Below are positions 43,537-54,546 of a stretch of 64,000 nucleotides of DNA, in pieces; the stretch's first letter is position 1; every line of letters starts with the position of its first letter. The notes below the pieces were generated by a model that had not been told where the DNA came from, did no database searches, and saw only the letters and a program-made list of their open reading frames with translations. The position numbers and the translations under genes are program-made. The DNA comes from Octopus sinensis. Lineage: Eukaryota. The stretch lies in assembly GCF_006345805.1 (NCBI RefSeq), contig NC_042998.1, positions 48,918,001 to 48,982,000 on the forward strand. Reading direction: 5' to 3'.

Positions 43537-43996
43537 AATAACAAATTTTTTAGAGATTTCTATCGGTTTGTTTCGAAACGCATAAATTTAATGGTTATCG
43601 ACAATTTTTTGTTTTCGGCGTATCTGGCATTAGAATTTTTCTTCTGCCCTTATCTTGTAAAATATATATATATATATATATATACATACATAACGTATAC
43701 TCTTTTCTCTTACTCTTTTACTTGTTTCAGTCATTTGACTGTGGCCATGCTGGAGCACCACCCTTAGTCGAGCAAATCGATCCTAGGTCTTATTCTTTGT
43801 AAGCCTAGTACTTATTCTATTGGTCTCTTTTGCCGAACCGCTAAGATACGGGGACAAAAACACACCAGTATCGGTTGTCAAGCAATGTTGGGAAGACAAA
43901 CACAGACACACATGTGTATATGTGTATGTGCATGTGTGTGTGTGTAAAAAAAAGGAAAATAACAAAGCTTCGAGTAATGTAGAAAGTTTTAGAAAA

Positions 43997-44034
43997 CCTT
44001 TATATTTCAGTTCCAAAGGCCCATCCTCAGAAGG
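43997..44034 (-). ncRNA. Decayed type I hammerhead, P5 left arm
   Basis: CCTT CTGAGGA tgggcctttggaact GAAA TAT A AAGG; stem I and core intact, stem II eroded. Confidence 0.55.
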
Positions 44035-44151
44035 AAGCAATCCAAGAAATGTCTAGTTATTACATTATTATATTTGAAATATATTTATTGTTTTATATTT
44101 CTGCTTAAATATAACAACAAAATCAGTATAACTAACACTTCTTGGACTGCT

Positions 44152-44190
44152 TCCTCCTGAGGATGGGCTTTGCACCTGAAATATAAAGGA
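44152..44190 (+). ncRNA. Decayed type I hammerhead, P5 right arm
   Basis: TCCTC CTGAGGA tGGGC-ttt-GCaCCt GAAA TAT A AAGGA; one stem I mismatch. Confidence 0.6.
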
Positions 44191-44325
44191 TTTTGTAAAA
44201 CTTTCTGCATTGTTAGAAACTTTCTTATATTCCCTTTCTTTTTCCACTTCTTTACCACAATGCTTCAAGCAAACTATAATGCTCATATATATATAATATT
44301 ATATATATATATATATATATTATAT

Positions 44326-45019
44326 AAACAAAAGACGAAGGCAGGTGGTGTACAAACAAACAGATGTATTAGTATAGCGCTCAGGAATAGAAAAAGTCTT
44401 TTACGTTTTGAGCCTACGTTCTTCTACAGAAAGATACACAGAAAAAAACGAGAGAAACAAAGAGAGAAAAAAGATGCGTGTAGTAGCTAACGATCTATCA
44501 TGGCGTCTAGAATGGTCAGACAGGAGAGGGGAAGTAGGGAGATAACAAGGTCACAAAAAAATACAGGGAAGTTTGGAAAGTATGAAATAAATGTAAAAAA
44601 ATATTAATATATAAGAAAAATATGAAAAAAATAAAGTGAAAACGAAAGGGACAGTTTTACGAAAAGTTCAAAAGTTTGTAGACATCGTGGTGTATTTCAA
44701 GGATTTCACATCAATAACAAAGTCACTGATTAGTGTGGGCGAGGTGCAGCCAGAGGGTAAGTGTCCTTAAAGGTAAAAAGTTCAGTGGAGAGAGGTAGAG
44801 TGTCCGTAGGGGAATGATAAGAGTTGGTAGTGGTAGAGAACATAGGATCAACAAGTGAGACCACGTGGGCGCGTGATATATAAAGAGAAAGTTTACGAAA
44901 ATAAACAAAAGACGAAGGCAGGTGGTGTACAAACAGACGTATTAGTATAGCACTCAGGAATAGAAAAAGCCTTTTACGTTTCGAGCCTACGCTCTTCTAC
45001 AGAAAGATACACAGAAAAA
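44326..45019 (-). mobile_element. Non-coding unit bounded by about 120-bp HHR-bearing direct repeats (retrozyme/PLE pLTR-like)
   Basis: aaacaaaagacgaaggcaggtggtgtacaaac...cttctacagaaagatacacagaaaaa at 44326-44447 and 44903-45019. Confidence 0.7.
44971..45006 (-). ncRNA. Hammerhead-like motif with A6U variant core in direct repeat copy 2
   Basis: CTTT CTGTAGA A GAGC-gtag-GCTC GAAA CGT A AAAG. A more decayed copy lies at about 44397-44434. Confidence 0.6.
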
Positions 45020-45224
45020 GACAAAGATATATATATATATAATAATAATAATAATAATATGAGGGAATATTATTTCCTCATATTATTATTATATGTTTTA
45101 TTTATTATTTTGTACATTATCATCGTTATATGTTTTATCTTTTATTTAATCTTTTATGATATGTAATTTTCTAGATGGTATAATTTAATTTTTCATTATT
45201 GAATTGATAAAATGTGGGGGTTTT

Positions 45225-45314
<90 letters not shown>

Positions 45315-45368
45315 AAAAATAAAATATATGAAAGAATGGAGCTGAATGATGAATAACAAAATTCCTTA

Positions 45369-45450
45369 TTTTCGACATATGTTTCGAAGGCTGCATATTC
45401 CTAATTCGAAGGTATAAGGAGTACATTATGCCGCTTTCTCATCAGGAAAA
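45369..45450 (-). ncRNA. Type I hammerhead ribozyme, P4 left arm
   Basis: TTTTC CTGATGA [GAAAGCGGCATA...TATGCAGCCTTC long stem II] GAAA CATATG TC GAAAA; GUC site, palindromic stem III ACATATGT. Confidence 0.85.
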
Positions 45451-45590
45451 GCAAGGAACTTATGTCAACATCAAAATGCACAAAAAACTTTTAGATGATT
45501 GCTCACACGGAGCCCATAGCGCTATGGGCTCCGCGTGAGCAATCATCTAAAAGTTTTTTGTGCATTTTGATGTTGACATAAGTTCCTTGC

Positions 45591-45674
45591 TTTTCCTGAT
45601 GAGAAAGCGGCATAATGTATGTACTCAATTATTCGAAATTAGGAATATGCAGCCTTCGAAACATATGTCGAAAA
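45591..45674 (+). ncRNA. Type I hammerhead ribozyme, P4 right arm
   Basis: Core CTGATGA 45596-602, GAAA 45658-61, GUC cleavage after 45669, stem I TTTTC/GAAAA. Confidence 0.85.
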
Positions 45675-45884
45675 TAAAGGGAATTTGTTAATTCGTCATT
45701 CAGCTCCATTCTTTCATATATTTATATTTTCAAAATAAACATACAAATTTCCACACGAAAAAACGTAATCTATGCCCTAGGCACGTAACTTCAACCGTGT
45801 TTTTTTCTGATGTGAATTTGTACCCAGGTATCGGCGTTAATTTAAGAATATACTTAAATATATATATATAATATCTATATAAAC

Positions 45885-45924
<40 letters not shown>

Positions 45925-46190
45925 GAGAAGTAATGGTTATTGCATTTAAACATGGCTGTTCTGTAGGAACCGATTTTACTAGCATTTTAATCCCAGGAGG
46001 ATGCCACCTCCAGCTGGTTATTCATACCTGGATGACGGTAAGGGCTCATTCCCCTGCTTGCAATATACATTAGGTGCAAATTGCATTGAATAACAAGCTA
46101 GAGGAGGCATCCTCCTAGGATTAAAATGGTTGTAATGTCGGTTCTCATGGGACAGCCATTTTTAAGTGGCAATAACCATTACTTCAGAGT
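45925..46190. mobile_element. Foldback MITE-like element with about 100-bp diverged inverted arms
   Basis: gaagtaatggttattgc ... gcaataaccattacttc; TA at both ends. Confidence 0.65.
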
Positions 46191-46307
46191 ATGGTTACTG
46201 CTTTTATCTCTTATAGAGATCCATAACCAAGATTATAACTGAGTAATTGCATGGTACCTGCCAGGATACTTTATCCCTATCTATTCATTATATATTATAT
46301 ATATCAT

Positions 46308-46373
<66 letters not shown>

Positions 46374-46560
46374 AAAATCAGAGAAAATTCTTTTCAGATT
46401 TTTGTATGCTAGGCTACTGGTTTTAAAATGATATTAATTAAATTAATATTCAATTTATCTCCCTCATTATTTAAATGTTAAAATATATATAATATACACA
46501 TACACACACACACAACACACACACACACCACACATACATATATGTATATATATATATATA

Positions 46561-46709
46561 TAGTTATAATCATAATTATAATTATTAAAAAAATTTTTGC
46601 ATAAGTTTTTACCAATAATGGGTTTTTTTTTCCATACTGAAACTACTTGGTAAAATTTATTAATTATTAAATTAATAATTCTTTACCCTATATTGGATAA
46701 GAAAAAAAA

Positions 46710-46762
<53 letters not shown>

Positions 46763-46860
46763 ATATAAGGGATATTAGCCAACCGAATATGGCTAGGGAC
46801 AGGGCAGGGTGGTGGGGGTGTCACTGTTGCATTTAGCCCCAGGCGAACATCAACGTCACC

Positions 46861-46920
<60 letters not shown>

Positions 46921-47066
46921 TTTTTTTTTTTTTTATCCAATATAGGGTAAAGAATTATTAATTTAATAATTAATAAATTTTACCAAGTAGTTTCAGTATG
47001 GAAAAAAACCCCCATTATTGGTAAAAACTTATGCAAAAATTTTTTTTATAATTATAATTATGATTA

Positions 47067-47072
<6 letters not shown>
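46561..47072. repeat. Inverted repeat, about 150-bp arms around a TA/CA-rich spacer
   Basis: tagttataatcataattat...ctatattggataa versus ttatccaatatag...ataattatgattataacta. Confidence 0.9.
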
Positions 47073-47103
<31 letters not shown>

Positions 47104-47647
47104 GTAAATATGTAAAGTATTATTACAGTTAAAAACAGTAATAATGAGGTGGTTATCAAGACTTCTACCTAAACAGGTATAATATAAAATATTTGAAGAT
47201 TAAGGTAAAGATACCACTTGCTAAAAATCAAAGCAAAAACTTCAAAAAACCACCAATTCTATGATAAATACACACACGAGCAATGTAATGGTCATTTTAA
47301 AAAATAGGCCTATCTTCAGGATGGAATATGAAGGCAGCTAATACATACCCTAATATCAATTGATTTCATGCTGTGCATGAGAAACATGGTTTGCAATCCT
47401 CAGCTGGAGATAGTATTTGACATCTATTTCTAAAATATTCATTACGTTAGCTTGTCTTCGTTTCTGACTTTAAACATCCCACTTCGTTTTAAGAGAGAAA
47501 CTAATGTACACAATAAAAAAGTAAATATGTGAAGTATTATTACTGTTAAAAACAGTAATAACGAGGTGTATTTATCATAGAATTGGTGGTCTTTTGAAGC
47601 TTTCACTTTGATTTTTAACAAGTGGTATTTTTACCCTTCTTTTCTTC

Positions 47648-47685
<38 letters not shown>

Positions 47686-47705
47686 ATAATATATTATATA
47701 TATAT

Positions 47706-48125
47706 AGGCATAGGAGTGGCTGTGTGGTAAGTAGCTTGCTTATGAACCACATGGTTCCAGGTTCAGTCCCACTATGTGGCACCTTGGGCAAGTGTCTTCT
47801 ACTATCGCCTCGGGCCGACCAAAGCTTATTGAGTGGATTTGGTAGATGGAAACTGAAAGAAGCCCATCGTATATATGTATATATGTATGTGTTGTGTGTG
47901 TATATGTTTGTGTGTCTGTGTTTGTCCCTCTCCACCACCCAACATCACTTGACCACCGATGCTGGTGAGTCTACGTCCCTATAACTTAGCGGTTCGGCAA
48001 AAGATATCGATAGAATAAGTACTAGGCTTACAAAGAATAATTCCTGGGGTCGATTTTCTCGACTAAAGGCAGTGCTCCAGCATGGCCACGGTCACATGAC
48101 TGAAACAAGTAAAAGAGTAAAGAGT
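47706..48125 (+). mobile_element. SINE family B, full length
   Basis: Same head and tail; further copies at 48568-48980, 48990-49205, 49468-49870. Confidence 0.85.
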
Positions 48126-48126
48126 A

Positions 48127-49400
48127 TATTTGGATGACTGCTTAATATTCTTGACCACTTTTAAATAATTTACATACCTCAATAAAATTCACCATGGAAC
48201 AACACACAAAGGAATTACCTTTTTTAAACATACTTCTAATTAAAGAAAATAACACCACACAAACGGATCTCTTCTACAAACCTACAGACACACAACAATA
48301 TTTGAACTTTCATTCCTCCCATCACTCACATACCAAAAGAAACATACCCTTTGACACAGCAATCACCAAAGCAAAAAACATCCCAACTACAGATCTCAGA
48401 GGAAAACATACACAGAAAAATAAAAATGAGCTCATAAGCATTCCTTTTGTCATCATCCACTACCCAAGAATATCATGACATCATCAATACTGCATGAAGA
48501 TAGCTCCCAATTCTTCAACATTCAGCAAGAATGAACAAATTAATAACAGATTCGAAAATAATTTATAGGCGCAGGAGTGGCTGTGTGGTAAGTAGCTAGC
48601 TTACCAACCACATGGTTCCGGGTTTAGTCCCACTGCGTGGTACCTTCGGCAAGTGTCTTCTACTATAGCCTCAGGCCAACCAAAGCCTTGTGAATGGAGT
48701 TGGTAGATGGAAACTGAAAAAAGCCCATCGTATATATGTACATATATATGAATGTATATGTATGTGTGTGTGTGTATAGGTTTGTGTGTCTGTGTTCATC
48801 CCCCCACCATCGCTTGACAACTGATGCTGGTGTGTTTACGTCCCAGTAACTTAGCGGTTTGGCAAAAAGAGACTGATAGAATAAGTACTAGGCTTACAAA
48901 GAATAAGTCCTGGGGTCAATTTGCTCGACTAAAGGCGGTGCTCCAGCATGGCCACAGTCAAATGACTGAAACAAATAAAAAAAATATGTTCATGTGTCTG
49001 TGTTTGTGTCCCCCACCACCACCACCATCATCGCTCGGCAACGGATGCTGGTGTGTTTACGACTCTGTAACTTAGTGGTTCGGCAAAAAGAGACTGATAC
49101 AATAAGTACTAGGCCTACAAAGAATAAGTCCTGGGGTCGATTTGCTTGACTAAAGGTGGTGCTCCAACATGGCCGCAGTCAAATGACTGAAACAAGAAAA
49201 AGAGGAAAAGAGCAGACATCAAGCACCCAACTTAAAAAAGCTCTTAACCCAAGAAAGATTTACAACTAGAGAAACAACAAAGAGACTTCAAAAATGTGGT
49301 GACCTTCACTGTGGAATGTATGATTGCATTGAAGAGGGAGAACAAATTATTTTCAAAGGCAGCTGGTTTTGGGAGACAACACAGACACAAAGACAGTATT
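48127..49400 (+). mobile_element. Broken Penelope-like element ORF (RT core to Cys linker), split by SINE insertions at about 48568-49205
   Basis: YLDDCLIF...LLNNLHTSIKFTMEQHTKELPFLNILL...FYKPTDTQQYLNFHSSH (PLE RT motifs), resuming near 49210 as QAPNLKKLLTQ...KCGDLHCGMYDCIEEGEQIIF. Confidence 0.85.
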
Positions 49401-50070
49401 GAGTGTTTCTCAGGAAATATCCTAAATTTACACCCTACCTGGACCTTAGACTTATATATATATATATAGGGCACAGCTGTGGCTGTATGGTAAGAAGTTT
49501 GCTTCTCAACCACATGTGCATGGTTTCAGGTTCAGTCATGTTGCATGGTACCTTGGACAACTGTCTTCTGCTATAACCCTAAGCCATTCAAAGCCATGTG
49601 AGTGGATTTGGTAGATGGAAACTGAAAGAAATCCAATATGTATGTATATATGTGTGTGTGCCTTTGTGTCTGTGTTGTCTCCCACCACCACTTGACAACT
49701 GGTGTTGGTGTGCTTATGTAACTTAGCAGTTTGGCAAAAGAGACAGATAAAATAAGCACCAGGCATAACAAATTTCAAGTACTAAGATCAATCCTTTTGG
49801 CTAAAATTCTTCTAAGTTGTGCCCCAGCATGTCTGCAGTTTAATGAATGAAACAAGTAAAAGATAAAGGATACAGTAGATTAAATATATATGCTCGAAAT
49901 ACAAGAGTAGAAAAACAGCCAACAACTGATGAAGGGTCGTTCTTTATGTTGTTTGTCTAGTTTTCCATTTGTGTCTCTCATTGTTCAAAAAAATAATTCA
50001 TATTCCATTTACTTGTACTTCGTATTTTTTGTTGTACACGTTTCATGACATCCTGTGCCCACATATGCAA

Positions 50071-50118
<48 letters not shown>

Positions 50119-50134
50119 AATCAAAAATCAAAAT

Positions 50135-50640
50135 CAAATTCGATGACTGGCAGCCGTGCTAGCAGGGTGCAAAGTGCACCATACGAGTGTGATCATTGAC
50201 AGAGCGGCTAGCGGCCTCCGTGCCAGTGGTACTTAAAAGACACCATTCGAGCGTGATTGTTACCAGCGTTGCCTTAAAGAGCAACATTCGAGTGTGATCA
50301 TTGCCAGAGGAGCTATCTGACCTCCGTGCCAGTGGCGCGTAAAAGACACCATTCGAGCGTGATCGTTACCAGCATCGCCTTATTGGCACCTGTGCTGGTG
50401 ACATGTGTAAAAGATTCGAGCAAGGTCGTTGCCAGTACTGCCTGAGTGGCCCCGTGCCAGTTGCACATAAAAGCACCCACTACACTCTTGGAGTGGTTGG
50501 CATTAGGAAGGGCGTCCAGCTGTAGAAACTCTGCCAGATCAAGATTGAAGCCTGGTGCAGCCATCTGGTTCGCCAGCCCTCAGTCATTCGTCCAGCTCAT
50601 GCTAGCATGGAAAGCAGACGTTAAATGATGATGATGATGA
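50135..50640 (+). mobile_element. SINE family C (internal gccagtgg repeats, (ATG)n tail)
   Basis: aaagcacccactacactc..gagtggttggcattaggaagggc.tccagctgtagaaac...catggaaagcagacgttaaatgatgatg. Other copies at 23085-23390(-), 28485-28730, 28920-29355, 50935-51570(-). Confidence 0.75.
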
Positions 50641-50712
50641 TATATATAATATATTATTATTATATATATATATATTATTATTATAATATAATATATATAT
50701 ATATTATATATA

Positions 50713-50750
<38 letters not shown>

Positions 50751-50852
50751 TATATATAATATATATATATTATGATTGATTGATTGATTGATTGATTCTA
50801 GTTTCAGCTTATGAGCTGTGGCCATGCTGGGCACCACCATTAAAATAATGGC

Positions 50853-50890
50853 CTCCCCGGCGGGGAATCGAACCCCGGTCTCCCGCGTGA
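50853..50890 (-). tRNA. 3' half of tRNA-Asp(GTC), truncated in the anticodon loop
   Basis: TCACGCGGGAGACCGGGGTTCGATTCCCCGCCGGGGAG followed by gccattatTTT; 5' side replaced by (TA)n. Confidence 0.8.
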
Positions 50891-50923
<33 letters not shown>

Positions 50924-51601
50924 ATATATATTCATCATCATCATCATCATCATCGTTTAGCGTCCGTTTTCCATGCTAGCATGGGTTGGACGGTTCTACT
51001 GGGGTCTGTGAAGCCAGAAGGCTTCATCAGGCCCAGTCAAATCTGGCAGTGTTTCTACGGCTGGATGCCCTTCCTAACGCCAACCACTCCGTGAGTGTAG
51101 TGGGTGCTTTTTACATGCCACCCGCACTGGTGCCAGACAGAGCTGGCAAACGGCCATGAACGGATGGTGCTTTTTATGTGACACCGGCACGAGGGCCAGG
51201 CGAGGCTGGCAACGGACACGAAATGGGGCGGTGCTGGCAACGGTCGCGAAACGGAAAGTTCTCTTACATGCCACCGGCACTGATAACACATCTGCAATTT
51301 CCATTGATCGATTTCGATTCTGATCCTCACTTGCCTCAACGGGTCTTCACAAGTAGAGTTTCGACATGCCACCGGCACTGGTAACACATCCGCAATTTCC
51401 ATTGGTCGATTTCGATTCTGATCCTCACTTGCCTCAACACGTCTTCACAAGTAGAGTTTTGTGTCCCAAGAAGGGAAGGTATGCATACGTAGGCTGGCTC
51501 CATCCCATGTAGAAGGCCAGGGTTATGGACTCACTTGTCCTGCCGGGTCTTCTCGCGCACAGCACACTTCACATATATACATACATACATATATATAAAT
51601 A

Positions 51602-51701
<100 letters not shown>

Positions 51702-52021
51702 TATATATATATATATTATTATTTATTTTATATTATGTATGTATGTAATATGGAGTGGTGGATGTGTAGGTGTGTGCATGTGTTTATGTATATGTGGGTG
51801 TTGGGGTATGGCAGTGTGTGTTCATTTGTATATTTATTATCTACTGTGATTTTAGAAATTCATTAATCTTTCCTTAAACATATTATCATGTATCACAAAA
51901 CAATATATAATACAGACAGTGACAACTTGAAAATATATTTTTAAAGCCATAATTCTGTTTTTTGCTGTTTTTTTGTTTTTTAGCAGCCCATTTCACAACA
52001 GCTATTAATCTTGTTTTGCAG

Positions 52022-52245
52022 TTGATGATGAAGTACGAATAATTCGCCAATGTGCAACATCAGATGGCAAAATTGGTTGCGAAAGTCGAGTTGGAACCAA
52101 AAATATAAAGATGAGATACTGTCTCTGTGACAAAGACCGTTGTAACTCTGCACCAGTGCCAACAAGTTTTATCTCAAGGTTCCTGTTATATGGATTTGCC
52201 AGCATGGTGGTAGTCATCACTAGAACAATGCATAATGTCTTTTGA
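52022..52245 (+). CDS. Terminal coding exon of the same Ly6/quiver-like gene
   Basis: ttgttttgcAG acceptor at 52020-21, in phase with the upstream exon (G+TT=Val). Reads DDEVRIIRQCATSDGKIGCESRVGTKNIKMRYCLCDKDRCNSAPVPTSFISRFLLYGFASMVVVITRTMHNVF*. Completes a 10-Cys LU domain with CxC-x4-CN end and a hydrophobic GPI-signal-like tail. AATAAA near 52381. Confidence 0.9.
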
Positions 52246-52881
52246 GAAGGCTCTTCAAAGACATCTTAATAACACGCCAAAATCTTACACAACTGCGGAT
52301 GGTAATATGAAGAATGATTGAAAATATGTTACGTCGAAAATGGAAAGAAAAGAAGAAAAAAAATTTTTTTTTTCAATACGAATAAATGTAAATGAGAACT
52401 GGAATGAAAAGTGTAACCAATTTTGCTTTTTTTTTTTAATTAAAAATTTTTTTGATATTTTCTTATCTTTAATTTTTTTTACTGTCTTTTCTAGGTTTGT
52501 TTGTATTATTTTTCTTTTGTCATTGTTGTCTGTTTAATATAATTTTTGTGTAACGTTTGTATAAATACATTTCTTTATATTCATTATATATACATTTATA
52601 TATGCATGTGTGTGTGTATGTGTTTGTATGAATATGTAGGTATGCATATATATCTATAAATGAATATATATATACACACACAACACACATATACGCATAA
52701 ATATATTTTCATGTATATATATGTATATATATATATATATATATATACACTAATACCTTTGTGTCTATATAACAAAATATTGCTATTATTTGGAATATTA
52801 AAAAAAAAAGATTAAATCAAATATACGGCATTTTTATTTCCATTTTTATTACATTTCCTTTTCCTTTCTATGTGTACATGC

Positions 52882-52926
<45 letters not shown>

Positions 52927-52959
52927 TGATAGAGAGAATATAACTCTGTGATTGTGCAC

Positions 52960-53010
<51 letters not shown>

Positions 53011-53659
53011 TGTGTGCTAGAGAGAGAGAAAGGAGGAGGAGGAGAGATAGGGGGAGAGCATTTGTGTTTATGTGCATGTGTCCTTATTAAAGAAAGAAAT
53101 GAGATATTACCTGAAAGGAAGTTTTATTTGCATACAATTTTATTTTTTACTTTTTGAGTCTTGCAGAAAGGAGAAATAAAGAATTCTTTCTTTGAAAAAC
53201 AAAATAATAAAGAAAAATCTATGAAAATTCTGTTGAATGCTTTTAGAATGACAACCGAGAAAAATTCTGATGGAGTTAGTACTGATTACATAGCTAATTA
53301 TGAAATAAGGCTTATTGCAAAATGATTGAGAAATGCGTATAAGGTTTTGCTTTTGTTACCTCAAAAATAAAATTATGAAATGAATGAAAAGCAGAATGCA
53401 GAGGAAAACAAGAGGAAAGCAAAATTCCATCTGATCTGTTAAATTGTTTTGGGAGAGATGGGTGGTGAAACATGACTTCACTGATTACTTTGTTAATGTT
53501 AAATTTTTGTTACCGCCAAAATCTCAAGAGAGTAATAAGAAATCGGTTATTCTAATTACATTGTATTTTCTAAATAGCATAAACACACACAGACACTCAC
53601 ACACACACATATATATATATGTATATATATATATATATGTATGTGTATGTGTTTGTGTA

Positions 53660-53708
<49 letters not shown>

Positions 53709-53761
53709 TGGAAGGACATAATAGAAAGAATATTATGGTAATACTAATAATAATACTGAAA

Positions 53762-53807
<46 letters not shown>

Positions 53808-54311
53808 GATAATGATAATGATAGTGCAATATTCAAATTGAAAGGACAATCTTGTTTGGCTGCTATCAATGTCTTAACAACAACAAATTTTATTGTTGTT
53901 TTCAGTGTTGCTGTTGTTGGTGGTGTTGTTATTGTTTTTATTGTTGATGATGGTGGTGGCGATGGTGGTATTGGTGGCAGTGGCAATAGCGATGGTAGTG
54001 GTGGCGGTGGTGGTGGTGCCAATGATAATGATGATGATTTTGTTCAGTATTATTATTATGATTATTATTATTATTATTATTATATTATTAACATTATTAA
54101 CATTATTAATGGGCTGGCAGAATCATTAGAGCATCAGACAAAAATGCTTTGTAGTATTTGTTGTGGCTCTTTTACATTCTTAAGTTCAAATCCCTCCAAT
54201 ATCAATTTTGCCTTTCGTTTTTCCAGGGCCAATAAATTGTTATCAACCGAAATCAATTTAACTGACCAACTCCTCCCCTCCAAATTTGTGGCCTCACACC
54301 TAAGTAGGAAG

Positions 54312-54355
<44 letters not shown>

Positions 54356-54502
54356 CATTATTATTATTATTATTATTATTATCATTATTATTATTATCAT
54401 CACCATTATTAACTAAGTGAGGTATGGTCTCAACTTACATGTATATTTTTTCTGATCAGTATGGGATTTAATTTCTCTTGTAATAAATAAAACAAATGCC
54501 AG

Positions 54503-54546
<44 letters not shown>

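Larger units (their letters stand above)
43250..43662. repeat. Palindrome P3 (arms about 190 bp, 35-nt spacer)
   Basis: tttacaagataagagcagaag...gcacatac versus gtatgtgc...cttctgcccttatcttgtaaa. Confidence 0.95.
43955..44240. repeat. Older palindrome P5 (visibly diverged arms)
   Basis: 43960-44056 is an imperfect reverse complement of 44128-44235. Confidence 0.85.
45311..45735. repeat. Palindrome P4 (zero-loop centre CCCATAGC|GCTATGGG at 45520/45521)
   Basis: Arms about 210 bp, near-perfect; (TA)n on the left flank. Confidence 0.95.

Noticed and set aside
49880-50060. CTGATGA in a pLTR-like stretch
   Set aside because: No downstream GAAA or stem III.
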